64,000 bases of DNA from Torpedo marmorata (taxonomy: Eukaryota). Numbering within the stretch: position 1 is the first letter of the stretch; each line of letters begins with the position of its first letter. The position numbers and the translations under genes were made by a program. The stretch is from NCBI GenBank assembly GCA_977017645.1, contig OZ360222.1:106392001-106456000 (forward strand), given 5' to 3'. This document shows, piece by piece, positions 12,583-25,185 of this stretch. The notes under the pieces were generated by a model. That model did no database searches and was not told where the DNA came from. It was given only the letters and a program-made list of their open reading frames with translations.

Positions 12583-13056
12583 ACGTGGAGAGCATTCTGG
12601 CTGATTGTATCACTGCCTGGTATGGAGGCGCCAACTCTCAGGACAAGAGTAAACTCCAGAGGGTTGTTAACTCGGCCTGTGACATCACAGGCACCAAACT
12701 TCACTCCATCGAGGACATCTACATGAGGCGGTGTCTTAAAAAAGCAGCCTCTATCCTCAAAGACCCCCACCACCCAGGCCATGCCCTCTTCACTCTGCTT
12801 CCATCGGGAAAAAGGTACAGGAACCTAAAGACGAGCACTCAACGGCACAAGGACAGCTTTTTCCTCGCTGCCATCAGATTCCTGAATAATCAATGAACCA
12901 AAGACACTGCCATACTTTTCGTGCACTATTATTTATAATTTTTTATAGTAATGTCGTAAGATGGTTATAATATGAATGTTAATTGCACTATGATGCAGCT
13001 GCAAAACATCGAATTTCATGACTTATTCATGACAATAAATTCTGATTCTGATTCTG
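12583..13056 (+). mobile_element. Rex1/Babar LINE 3' fragment
   Basis: ORF 12585..12896 (CITAWYGG...LLPSGKRYR); tail AATAAA(TTCTGA)3; same family as 43453-44675 and 56804-58245. Confidence 0.92.
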
Positions 13057-13136
13057 AAAGACCAATGGATAATCCAGTATTAATATATTTAAAATGAAGC
13101 TAAAAACATATCAGAACAACAAAATTCATACAAGTC

Positions 13137-13370
13137 TGTGGTAAACCACAATGTATGGGTTGTGGGCTGGGTGATAGGTCTGGACATACCTCTGCTGAGT
13201 GTCGCGGTGGCTCCTCCCACAGACCCCCTGAATAAAGGCCATTGTGCCACCGCTCCTCCCCCAGTCCGGGACAGATCACCAGCACGAATGTAGCTCCATT
13301 CTTTTGCCAATAAAAGTCTTTCAGTTCTTGTGTAACTTCTAGTCTTTTGGAGTTATTGATGGGCTCATCA
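13137..13370 (+). repeat. Gypsy 5' LTR
   Basis: Direct repeat of 17289-17522; about 10 substitutions counted by eye. Confidence 0.95.
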
Positions 13371-13393
13371 ATTTTATTGGCAAAATTGTAAAC

Positions 13394-14150
13394 ATGGAGA
13401 ATGTCTTGAGACCAGACAAACTGAACCTCGATCCACAAACACCGGAAGCTGGCAATGCTTTCGAACTCTGGCTAGCCTGTTTTGAATCGTTCCTGGAGAT
13501 CAAAGTGCAAGAAGACGCCGCAAAACGCAAGGTCCTCCTCTCTAGGGTAAGCCCACGAGTCTACTCTATGATCCGAGATCTGCAGACTTATGAAGACGCG
13601 ATGAATGCTCTTAAAAGACAGTATATACGGCCTATGAATACCGTATATGCGAGACACAGACTAGCGACGCGGCAGCAGCGGCCCGGGGAGCCGAGCGCGG
13701 AGTTCGTACGGGCCCTACAAACACTCGTGCGGGCCTGCAACTGCCGGCTACTGATGGCTAACAACACGCAGAGCTCCTAGTAAGAGATGCTTTCGTTACG
13801 GGGACCAGGTCAGTGTATGTGCGCCAGTGGCTGCTAGAACAAGCTGACCTCACCTTCCGTTCCGCAATCGAGCTGGCCGATATGCTGGAGGCTGCAATAC
13901 AGAACTCTGATGCTATACAGGCGCATGATCTCCTGCAGGCTCCGTGGATACCGCTGACCCCTCACCATGCCGGTGAATCGACCACTGCAGCCATCAGCCG
14001 CGAGCCCGAGAAATGCTACTTCTGCGGACTTGAAAAGCACCCCCGGAAACATTGCCCGGCCTGAGAAGCGACCTGCTCCAGCTGCGGGAAGAAAGGCCAT
14101 TTCGCTAAGGTCTGTAGATCAAAACCGCGAGCGGGATCGAGCAGCGCCGC
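13394..14150 (+). pseudogene. gag: Gypsy gag (frameshift and stop), two CCHC knuckles
   Basis: MENVLRPDKLNLDPQ...ARHRLATRQQRPGE; CYFCGLEKHPRKHCPA*EATCSSCGKKGHFAKVC. Confidence 0.88.
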
Positions 14151-17000
14151 GTGCGAGGTATGGGGCGGCCATCTTGTGTGCCGTCACTTCCGTCGCCGCC
14201 ATCTTACTTACCCGCCGCCAACATGTGCGAGTCATGGGAGCGGCCATTTTGTCCCACGCCATCGCGCCGACTCAGGGTGCCGCTATCCCGGGACAGCAGG
14301 CACTCCATCGCGTCGGATCAAGACAGCGACCCAACGTTGGCGTCAGTTACACTCGACCAGAGTGCACCTCATCAACTCGCGAGGTCGATGATGGACATCC
14401 TGGTCGAGGGACACAGAACAAACTGCCTATTCAACACAGGCAGCACAGAGAGCTTTATCCACCGTGACACGGTACAGCGATGCGGCCTCACGACACAGCC
14501 GGTTAGCCAGAGGGTTGCCATGGCTTCCGGGTCGCACACAACAAACATCCGGGGGAGTTGTGTAGCGACGCTAGTGGTGCAGGACACTGAATACCAGGAC
14601 TTCACGCTATTGGTCATGCCCCGACTGTGCGCACCTGTACTACTGGGCCTCGACTTCCAGAGTCACCTCCAAAGTGTGACGATGGAGTATGACGGGCCCC
14701 TCCCACCGATTACTGTCAGTGATCACCAATTTCTTAAAAACGGCAGAAAAATTTCGTCACACCACACTACTTGCGGTCTATCCACCCTCAAGATCCCGCC
14801 CCCAACGCTGTTCACCAACCTGACCCCTGATTGTAAACCCGTGGCAACCAAAAGCAGGAGATATAGCGCAGGGGACAGGGCATTCATTAAGTCAGAGGTG
14901 CAGCGGTTACTTGGGGAAGGGATCATCGAGGCGAGTACAAGTCCCTGGAGGGCCCAGGTGGTTGTCGTCAAGAACAGGGAGAAAAACAGGATGGTGGTAG
15001 ATTATAGTCAGACCATCAATAGGTTCACACAGCTTGACGTGTACCATCTACCACGCATTGCAGATATGGTGAACCAGATAGCTCAGTATAAGCTTTTCTC
15101 CACCATAGACCTCAAATTTGCCTACCACCAGCTCCCTACACCGCCTTCGAGGCGGACGGCAGACTCTATCATTTCCTGCGTGTTCCCTTTGGGGTCACAA
15201 ATGGGGTATCCGTCTTCCAGAGGGAGATGGACAGGATGGTGGACCAATGCAAATTAAATGCCACTTTTCCATACCTATATTACATCACTATCTGCGGTCA
15301 CGACCGCCAGGACTTCGATAACAATCTTCGGAAGTTCCTCCAGGCGGCCAAAGCACTTAACCTCACCTATAACAAGGATAAGTGCGTGTTTGGAACCACC
15401 CGACTCGCTATCCTGGGGTGTGTTGTGGAGAACGGAGTCATCGGCCTCGACCCCGACCGCATGTGCCCCCTGTTGGAACTACCGCTTCCCCACATCCTCA
15501 GAGCCCTCAAAAGGTTCTTGGGCTTCTTTTCTTACTATGCTCAATGAGTCCCTAATTATGCGGACAAGGCCCGCCCCCTAGTCAAGTCCACCACTTTTCC
15601 CCTTGCAACAGAGGCACGTGAGGCTTTCAGCCTCATAAAAGGGGACATTGCCAGAGCAACAATGCACACGGTGGACGAATCCACTCCCTTTCAAGTAGAG
15701 ATTGACGCGTCCGACTTCGCACTGGCGGTTACCCTCAACCAGGCGGGAAGACCGGTGGCGTTCTTCTCCCATACCCTTCAAGGCCCAGAAATTCGGCACT
15801 CAGCGGTGGAGAAAGAGGCCCAAGCCATAGTGGAAGCTATCAGGCAATAGAGGCACTATCTCGCCGGCAAAAGGTTTACCTTGCTGACTGACCAACGCTC
15901 AGTCTCATTCATGTTCAGCAACCAGCAGCGGGGTAAAATCAAAAATGATAAAATCCTGAGGTGGGGAATCGAACTCTCCACCTACAACTATGATATAATG
16001 TACCGCCCCGGGAAGCTCAATGAGCCCTCCGATGCTCTATCCCGGGGGACGTGCGCTAGCGCACAGATCGACCGGTTATATGCCCTCCACTGTGACCTCT
16101 GCCACCCGGAGTCACCAGGCTTTTTCACTTTGTGAAAGCCCGTAATCTACCGAACTCCCTGGAAGAGGTCAGGACGATGACCAGCAGCTGCCAAGTCTGC
16201 ACAGAGTGCAAACCGCACTTCTACCGTCCTAACAAGGCACAGTTGATAAAAGCAACCCGCCCATTTGAGCGACTAAGCGTCGACTTTAAGGGCCCCCTTC
16301 CCTCCACCGTCCGCAATGTGTACTTCCTCAACGTTATTGACGAGTACACGCAGTACCCTTTCGCCATTCCCTGCCCCGATACCACTACCACCTTAGCCAT
16401 AAAAGCCCTCCGCAAACTCTTCACATTGTTTGGATACCCCTGCTATATCCATAATGACCGAGGGTCCTCGTTTATGAGTGACGAGCTGCGCCAATATCTG
16501 CTGGCCAGGGGTATCACGACTAGCAGGACCACGAGCTATAACCCACGGGGAAATGGACAAGTAGAGAGGGAGAATGCCACGGTCTGGAAAGCCACATTCT
16601 TAGCCCTCAGGTCTAAGGGATTACCAGTCTCCCGCTGGCAAGAAGTCCTTCCCGAGGCACTCCACTCCATCCGATCCCTGCTATGCACATCCACCAATGC
16701 TACACCTCATGAGAGTCTCTTTTCCTTCCCCAGGAAGTCGACCACCGGGACTACCCTACCAGCATGGCTGATGTCCTCAGGGCCAGTGCTGCTCCCGACA
16801 CATGTCAGGAGCAATAAATACGCCCCGATGGTCGAGAGCGTCCAATTATTACACGCAAACCCCCAGTACGCGTACGTGGTTTTTCCTGATGGGCGGGAAG
16901 ACACGGTCTCCATCCAGGACCTGGCGCCCGCAGGAGCACTGGGACCCACCGCCACTCTCGAAAACTCCGTAGTTACTGTTACCCCCTTACCTACCATTAA
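14151..17000 (+). pseudogene. pol: Gypsy pol (PR-RT-RNase H-integrase), disrupted
   Basis: PR CLFNTGSTESFI (catalytic D reads N); RT SPWRAQVVVV, RMVVDY, degenerate YLYY at YxDD; RH EIDASD, EKEAQA; IN SVDFKGP, HNDRGSSF, NGQVEREN. Confidence 0.92.
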
Positions 17001-17288
17001 GGACACACAAGAGGCACCACCTAATTCAAACATAACACCAAACATACCGGCATGTTCACCGAGGTTTCGCGATACGTACCGGCATGTTCACCCGAGGTTT
17101 CGCGAACGCCAGACGTGCTGGTACCCCAAATCAGGCAGGAGGCAGCACTGCCACCTGCCCCATCACCACAAGTACTGCGCCAATCACAGCGGCGGACTCG
17201 ACCGCTTGATCGACTCGATTTGTAATTTTAATTCTTTGTAAATATTGTTATACAATTCACCTGGACTCTTTTAAAAAGGAGGGGTGAA

Positions 17289-17522
17289 TGTGGTAAACCA
17301 CTATATATGGGTTGTGGGCTGGGTGATAGGTCTGGACGTGCCTCTGCTGACTGTCGCGGTGGCTCTTCCCACAGACCCCCTGAATAAAGGCCATTGTGCC
17401 ACTGCTCCTCCCCCAGTCCAGGACAGATCACCAGCACGAATGTAGCTCCATTCTTTTGCCAATAAAACCCTTTCAGTTCTTGTGTAACTTCTAGTCTTTT
17501 GGAGTTATTGATGGGCTCATCA
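17289..17522 (+). repeat. Gypsy 3' LTR
   Basis: Direct repeat of 13137-13370, preceded by the PPT. Confidence 0.95.
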
Positions 17523-17887
17523 AAGTCATTGAAGTAAAGAAAGAAGGTAAATTCCTTTGCTGTTAGACTTTTCCACTGAAGTTAAAGGAATCGCTGGACT
17601 CGAGCCAGATTTAACTGCCGGGCAGGTTTCCCAGCAAAACTGCTGTGGAATTGCAGGAAGTTAGTGCAAATATTTGGAGGGTTTGGGAGAGTGGGGAAGT
17701 GGAAGTGAGTGCTGTTAATACTTTCCTCATGTGTAATACCTGTGGTCTCATTCGAATAGAAATCTAGTGATCTCGATATGCAAGCCCCCGATTTAAACAA
17801 ATATATAGAGTGACATGAAAGATCTTTTTATGTGCATTGTAATTGGAGTATTGTGTAATTGCACCACAATATATCATTGCTCAAGTA

Positions 17888-19650
17888 CACAAGAAAATAG
17901 GAGCAGGAGTAGGCATCTGCCCCTCAAGCCTGCCTGCCATTCAATGTGGTCATGGCTTATCTATGCTGACTCCAATATTTCATCCATGCCAGTTCCCCAT
18001 AAGCCTCAATTCCTTAATCTTTCCAATATTTATTGGTCTCCACCTTAAATATGTCTGGTTATCTGGCCTCCACTACCATCAGGAGCAGAGAATTCCAGAT
18101 TTATTTTTCTAGAGAAGAGATTTCAATATACCTCAGTTTTAAATGACTAGCATGAGATGTTTCCATGCTTGAGAATCTCCCACTGGTGAAGACAACCAAC
18201 ATCTACCTTGTAAAACCCTCTTAGGATCATACATGTTTGCACCCCTCATTCTTCTAAACTCTGAGGCTATCCAAAAAAAACCCAAACTATCTAGCCTCTC
18301 TTAACAGAATAGCCCTCTCATCACAGGAATGAGCCTGGTGAATATTCTTTGGATTGCCTCCAATATTACTATATTCTTTTTTAGATAAGGAGACCAAAAC
18401 TGTGCACAATATTCCAGGTGTGGCCTCACCAACCCTCTGTATGACGGGAACAAAACCTCCCTGCTCTTAATCACCAACCACTTTGCAATAAAGGCCAATA
18501 TGTTGTATGCCTTTTTAACTACTTATTGGGCATGCCTGTTAACCTTTAGTGATTCATTTGATGGAACACCTGGATCCCTCTGAACTTTGTTCATTTGCAC
18601 ATTTCTCCAATTAGACCATAATTGTCTGATTCCTCTGACTGAAGTGCACGACATTGCACTTCCCCACGTTAAACTCCATTTGGCAGCTTTTCACCCAAAC
18701 ACTCATTTTTTCTGGATGTTTTGCAGAATCAAAGTCCTCATTCCAACATGCCCTTTCACTTATTTTTGCATTTTCAGCAAACTCAGAAATCTACATTTCA
18801 TTCCCTCCTTCAGGACATTGATGTAAATCTGACCAATTCAGGGCTAAGAACTGATCTCTGAGATACTCCACTGATTACAACCTTCCAGAAAAGGAACCAT
18901 TTATTCCAACCTTCTGTTTCCTATGTGACAGCCAGTTTTCACTCCATGATAACACACTTGCTCCTGTACCTTGGACTCTTAATTTATGCACCAGCCTCTT
19001 ACGTGGCACTTTGTCAAATGCCTTTTGGAAATCTAAATACACAGCATCCACAGATTCCCTTCTATTCATTCTCCCTGTCACATCCTCAAAGAATTTGAAC
19101 AAATTTGTGAAACACTATTTACCTTTCATATGACTATGTTGACTTGGTTTAATTATATTCAGCTTTCCTAAAAGATGCTATTTCTTCTTTGTTTATTGAC
19201 TCTAGCTTCTTGCCAAAAAATGATGTAAAACTAATTGGCCTATAGTTCCCAACCTTCTGTCTTTGTTTGATCAAGCAAGTCTTATTAGTTGATTTCCAAT
19301 CTTCTGGTAACCTCTTGAAATTTAGTGAGTTTGAAAAATTTCAACAAATGGACTCATTATCTCTGCAGCCACTTCCTTGAAAATCCTATGGAACAGGCCA
19401 TTGGGTTCCAGTGATTTGTCCACCTTAAGCTACATGAGTTTCTCCAATACGTTATCCCTTGTGATTGGGATTTTTAAAAGTTCTTCTCTGTTATTTGCAA
19501 TTAGTCCAACTGCTATCTTAGTGATATTTACAGTGACCACCATGATGAAGAAATTGATATATCTGCCATTTCTTTGTCTCCTGTTATTAATTCCTCAGCC
19601 TCATTTTCCACCTACCTCAGCTGGCTTCTTCCTACTTATATATACGTAGA
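17888..19650 (-). mobile_element. Old CR1 LINE, heavily decayed
   Basis: Fragments VYLDFQKAFDKVP and LVRPHLEYCAQFWSPYL; 3' tail AAATAGGAGCAGGAGTAGGC like other CR1 copies here. Confidence 0.85.
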
Positions 19651-20299
19651 AAATCTGTTTGTCTTGAGTTTTCTTTCAAAATCATTTTTATACCTTCTTC
19701 TGGGTGTTTTAGTCTTTCGCTGCTAGATCTTACACAACATAAACCAACATTTGATTTTGACTAAAAACAACTTTGGGTCAAAATTAGTTTGGGAAAGATG
19801 CTATATAAACACAGGTTCTTTCTATCTGTGCTATTTCTTTGTGACTGTATATGCAGAACTACTTTGTCTGCTGGCAACTGGTTGGATTTTTAAAGCATTT
19901 AATGTCTTGATCGCTTTCAATGGCAATACCTGATACTTGATTTTCATCCATGCATTATGGTTTGCTTATTGCAGATAGATTAACTCCTTGTTTTCATTAC
20001 CACTGGATCCTGGTCCTTCAGTCCGATAATGTTAACTGTGAGCAGTAACTGTATCATTGCAAACATTAATTCCAGCAGAGCAACAGCAATTGAGTATTGG
20101 GATATAACGTTTGGCTCACTTTATTCCCATTCAAGTTTTTGTTTGCTTATTTGTCAAATTTTACCAAGTACAGTGAGAAGGGTTCTTTTGCAACAGATTA
20201 TTTCTAATATCACTGCATGAAGAGCACAATTTACAGAATATAGAATTACAATGAAAAGAAAAATCAATCAGCACCAAGCAAGGTCAGCATGGTAGCATT

Positions 20300-20520
20300 A
20301 TGAGGGGTTCATTCAGGAGCCTGATGGCTGCAGGAAAGAAACTGTCTTTAAACCTGTTGGTGTGCACTTTCCCACATTTTAGCCTTCTCCCCAATGGGAG
20401 GAGGGAGAAGAGAATGTTTCCAGGGTGTGATGGATCCTTCAATATGTTGGCTGCCTTCCCTAGACAGCAGGAACTGTAGATGGAGTCCATGGAGCAGAGG
20501 GAAGTTTGTTTTATGTTCTG
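20300..20520 (-). mobile_element. Rex1/Babar 3' fragment
   Basis: KAANILKDPSHPGNILFSLLPLGRR...RFKDSFFPAAIRLLN. Confidence 0.85.
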
Positions 20521-22664
20521 AGCTGGGTAATATTTACAAAAAAATAATTATTTGGCTCTCTACAGGATCAGACTATTAGTAATCTTCAATTCATTCGTTT
20601 TTGATACTTAAGCTGCTGATGGTCTATTGGTCGTTTCAAAATCCTGTTGTTTGAAAATCTCTTTAATCACCAAACAATACTGGAGCATTTTTTTAAGTCA
20701 GGGTTCTGTTTTTTTTTTATTGAATCAAATTAACTAATCAAAAAAATAGATCCCAGATATCAACAGCTCTTGCCAAAGAGAAGTACATTCATGCAGTCGA
20801 TGAATTTCTTGTAATGTCATCAAGAGGCATTCACAATGGATCTCAAGATTTGGTGTTCCTGATACTTACACAACTGGGAAGCTGATTCCCTCCTCGCAGA
20901 ATAATAAATCCTTAAATCTTAACGATTAAAAATAAAATACCGCAGATGCTGGAAATTGGAAATAAAAATTGAGATTGCTGGAAATAGCAGGTCAGGCAGC
21001 TATTTCTAAGTTCTCACACACTGCAATTTTGGAACCATAAACATTAAATGACTTTTTTTTTTAAATGGTGCAAAGAAGATAACAATTCAATTCTTAGAAT
21101 GCTACAAAAAGGAATTGAACTGCATTTAAAACTGTTTATGAGATTGATACATTTAAACAGGGCTGTCTCTCCTGGCTGTTATCATGAAGATCCTGGTGTG
21201 ATACAAGAGCCATTTGCTTTCCTATTGCTCTGGGTGTTTGCTTTAGAGTTTTCGCCCTTCTTGCCACTTGACCACATCAGCTCGTGTGATCCATTGTCCT
21301 ATCTCCCCTCTGTTTGCAGCAAAAGCTATTTAGACAATGTCTGCAACCCCCTCAGCAGCAATGCTTGACAGCAGAGATTATATTTAAAAGAACAATGCTC
21401 AGTCGGTGCTGCATTGTTGATGGAAAGCAGTATCGAAAGTAAGCTACATTCATCATTTGAGAATATATAAAAGCCAGATTTTAAATAAGCCAAGCAAAAG
21501 ACAATGGCAAAAGGGAAATGGGAGGGAAATCATCTCTATCATTTCAGTTAATGGTGTCAGATACCTGTTTTTTATCCCTCAGTCCATTAGAATTATAGCA
21601 TTTATGAACTTGCTTCACATAGTTATTGACTAGCTTGTCACATTTCCTGCCTGATCTTTTAATAGAAGCCATTGGTCTGAGATTAAAAATGGAGCAATTT
21701 AGGAGCTACTCTGGGCCTGAGCAGAAATGAAAATGCATGAGAAAAGTTATTCACAATGCAATGTGAATAATCTAAATTTTAAAAGTTACTTATGGCTTAA
21801 ATGTGACCAATGGTATAACGTCTGCCTTGAGAGTAGTTTTAACTTTATTCGGATTTAGCATTCACATTACAATTGCAAAGTTTCATGCAGAAATGAATGA
21901 CACAGACCCAAATAACACTGTGAGATGAAGCCTATAAGTATAAATCTGCACGTAATGAAGGATTTTTATCAATTGGTCACTTGTAATAATTGAGATTGAT
22001 GAAAAAAAAATGATCAAAACTATGTAATGACATGAACAATGTATTAATCGTGTTAACAATTCAAGATTTAATTTTTTTAGAATGATGTATGGCCCCTTGA
22101 TTTGTAAATTCAAATTGAACAATATACTTTTTAATCGATCTGTGGAGCTCACCAAAAATATCAAAGTAAGTTCCAAATTTAAAATGCAGTCGCCTGGAAA
22201 TTTTTGCACTGTGCAAAATTTATGGTGCTGAACAGTAACATTTCTTCAGAAACCAATCGCAAAGCTCAATTGAGTACTTCCTCTTGCAACCTGATAAGTC
22301 CAGGATTTCAGTTCTGTTTCCTCCATGCTAATCACAGAGACTTGCATCCAATCGCATGCAAAAATGTATGGACTCCATTTTGGTAAATTTCTCTTTTACA
22401 TGCATAGCCTTTGATATCAAAGACATTTCATAAATAATCAGATCTTTACATCAAATGTGAAGCAATAACAAAACCTGAAAGGGAACTGAGTGAACATATC
22501 CCAGTTTGTCTGTGGGATCCAGCATTGAGTACTAGGTTCACAGTGGTAAAATCTATAAAAATGCTGCAACCATCCCCCACCCCCCACCCCCCCCCGAGGG
22601 CCCTGTCCCCATTAAGACTTCACCCTTCAACTGAATTGTGACCTCCAGTTCTTAAATCTCTAAC

Positions 22665-24100
22665 GGTCAAGGGTCAGACATTCCCAAGAGCTTGTGGGGA
22701 TGCTGCACTTCTTCAAGGAGGCTTTGAGCATATTCTCACATCATTTTTGCTGTCCTGATGATCTCCTACCATGACAGAGCTCAGAACAGCCTGGGATACA
22801 TGACCTGCTCAGCATAGAAGAGTAACTATGACGTCAGTGCTGGTGATGATGGCTGGAGAAAATTTGCTAACAGTGATTCATTTATCCTTCCAATGAATTT
22901 GAAGGATTTTGTGCTCTCGTAAACTGTAAATGTTGTGCCATATCTGATATCTTGATCTTCAGCTATGTTTTTCATCAAACAAAGGTTACACTGGCACACT
23001 GAGGACAGTGGTGAATTTCAACTTTGTGTCAACTTTTTCCAGTCTTTCATCTTGAGCTTCTCTTGACAGAGGGCACTGTGATGTAGCGAAGCAGGTTCAA
23101 CAAACATTGGGTATGAGGCTCATCCTCCTATATGCTTCAGTGAACAACTTGAAACTCTCTCTCCGATCATATGCATAACTCCAATCACAATCTGCATCAT
23201 GCAGCTTGACTGTTGGGGCTCAGGTGACCTGGATTCTTGATATGTAGTCTGTATGGGTTGATTAGGATCTCATTGGTTCTGAAGAATAACTCCATTCCTA
23301 TGGGAGGTTTGTTGAGGTGAGTGTATTATGGCAAGAAATATTGAATGGTGTTGAAGTTATGGCACTGTTTAATACTGGCCTTCAATGAGATTGGTTCTGT
23401 TGTAGATGAAGATGACTTTCTATGGGTAACTGAATTTGTGGAGGGTATTCCACAAATTCAGCTAATTGATGGAGTCAATACTTTAGAGCAGCTATTCTCA
23501 ACCTTTTTTTGGCTATGGACCCCTTAGGACTCTGCTCAATGTTTATGGGTCAAATTCCCTGTGAATTTTAGTTGGTTTCTTCCGTACTTCTCTCCTACCG
23601 ACTACATTTAAAAAAAAACAGAAAAAATATTTAGGATTTTAGTCCGTGGCCCCCCTTCTATGTGCTGCGGCCCCCAGGGGGGAGGTGGCCATATGAATCC
23701 CATTGAGAATGGCTGCTTTAGAGAGGTCATACAGTGACTGAAGCCACTGCCTGCATTTTTTCTCAGAGTTGTTGCATGATGAAGATTATATGCACTATGC
23801 CTGTAAACGAGTGTCATCCACACTGGTTCAGGAAGCAGCTCTTGTGCTACTGGGAGGAGGTGGTTGAGGAGAACCCTGATGAAGACATTTCCTGTTGCAG
23901 ACAGCAGGGAGGCCCCTCTGGAGTTATCACAGTAGGACTTACCTTCTTTCATGAAGATGGTCATGATTACAGCATCCTCTTCCCAGATATGGACAATAAA
24001 ATTGTGGATTTGTGGCAGAAGCTCTGGACTGCCAAGCTTCTGGATTTCAGCAGGGATCCATCTGCTCTTGAGGTCTTGTTATTTTTGAGTTGGAATTAGG
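22665..24100 (-). mobile_element. Decayed RTE (BovB-like) LINE
   Basis: TIFMKEGKSYCDNSRGASLLSATGNVFIRVLLNHLLPVAQELLPE matches the RTE motif TIFKKGDxxxCGNYRGISLLS...LLPESQ. Boundaries approximate. Confidence 0.7.
23489..23715. mobile_element. hAT-Charlie-like MITE nested in the RTE
   Basis: TIR CAGCTATTCTCAA / TTGAGAATGGCTG; 8-bp TSD CTTTAGAG (23481-88, 23716-23), close to the Charlie NTCTAGAN target. Confidence 0.9.
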
Positions 24101-24599
24101 CTTTCTCAACTTCTTGATAGTCAGGAATGGTAGCAACACTGACGCAAATAGGCTAGAGAGGGAAGGACTCAATGGTGCGTGTATGAGTGACAGTGACACA
24201 GATCAGGTGGTTTTCGATCTTGTCTCCACGTCCCTGATGAGTTCACCCCTGGATTCTAATTGCACATTACCAGAGTCCAGGAATCCAATATAAAAAAGAA
24301 TATAACTGAAAACAATATTTTTTGCTATTGAATCTACTTTGAATGTAACACAGTGCTATTTCCATTCACATATATTAAAATTCACCTAAAGAAACAAGGC
24401 ATTTAATTTTCTTTGCTAGTTTGCCTGCATGCAGAGGTCAGGTTCTCAAGATAATTAATTCTTCTGAAAACTGGATCGCAATGACTCTTTTTGTTTGCCC
24501 AAAGATGACAGCCTGAGTAGTGGGCTAATTATTCCCCTCAGTTAACTCATTTTTAATCTGCGCACAGGATAACTTTATGCACTAAACTTGTGGGAAGTT

Positions 24600-25015
24600 G
24601 GCATTCTGCTCATTTGGTGGCTCTCTTACTTCTGGATTGGATATTTGCACTTTCAAGACCCAGTCCAGAGATTTAAGCACAAAAATCCAAACTGATATTC
24701 CAGTGTAAGACTGAGGGAGGGCTGCATTTTGGATAAGAGGTTGAACTGATGCTCTGTTTACTCGCTTACGAAAAGGTGAAAGATCCTATGCTACTATGTC
24801 CAGGTTAAAGTTTGTTCCCCATTAAACATCTTCAATAAACAGATTCTTTGATTATTACCACACTGCTACTGACGGGAGCTTTCTGTGCCAAGATGGCTTC
24901 CATTTTGGCTATATTACAACAATAACTACATCTCAAAAGTACTTAATTGGTTATAAAGCATTCAAGGATCTAAAGCTGTTCTGAAGAGGAGATGGAAGAT
25001 ACTAAATAAATATAT
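24600..25015 (+). mobile_element. DeuSINE (SacSINE1/AmnSINE1-related), old copy
   Basis: AAAGATCCTATGCTACTAT...AACAGATT...GGGAGCTTTCTGTG...ATTACAACAATAACTACATCTCAAAAGTACTTAATTGGTTATAAAGC follows the recalled Deu-domain and 3' consensus. Confidence 0.75.
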
Positions 25016-25143
25016 CTTCTCTCTGTGTAACTACATCTTAGCTCAAAAATATGCAATAATTTGGGCTAAGTATAGATATAGCAATAGAAATGAACGGCAG
25101 CTTCTTCCAAGGACTCCTTTACTGGCAGTGAAACTTAACTTAC

Positions 25144-25185
25144 CGTATTTTTGGATAATGTAATAGTCGCTTTTACACTTCAGCA
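25144..25185 (-). CDS. Candidate 42-nt symmetric micro-exon of an unidentified host gene
   Basis: Minus: pyrimidine-rich tract ...tttatcttcag|TGCTGAAGTGTAAAAGCGACTATTACATTATCCAAAAATACG|gtaagt; phase 1-1 frame is open, xLKCKSDYYIIQKYx. Confidence 0.3.

Larger units (their letters stand above)
13137..17522 (+). mobile_element. Full-length Ty3/Gypsy LTR retrotransposon (Mag-like, no chromodomain seen), inactivated
   Basis: 234-bp TG...CA LTRs, 5-bp TSD AAGTC (13132-36, 17523-27), PPT AAAAGGAGGGGTGAA, domain order gag-PR-RT-RH-IN. Confidence 0.96.

Noticed and set aside
17045-17106. ~32-bp tandem duplication after Gypsy integrase
   Set aside because: Local slippage in a low-constraint region; no chromodomain or env evident.
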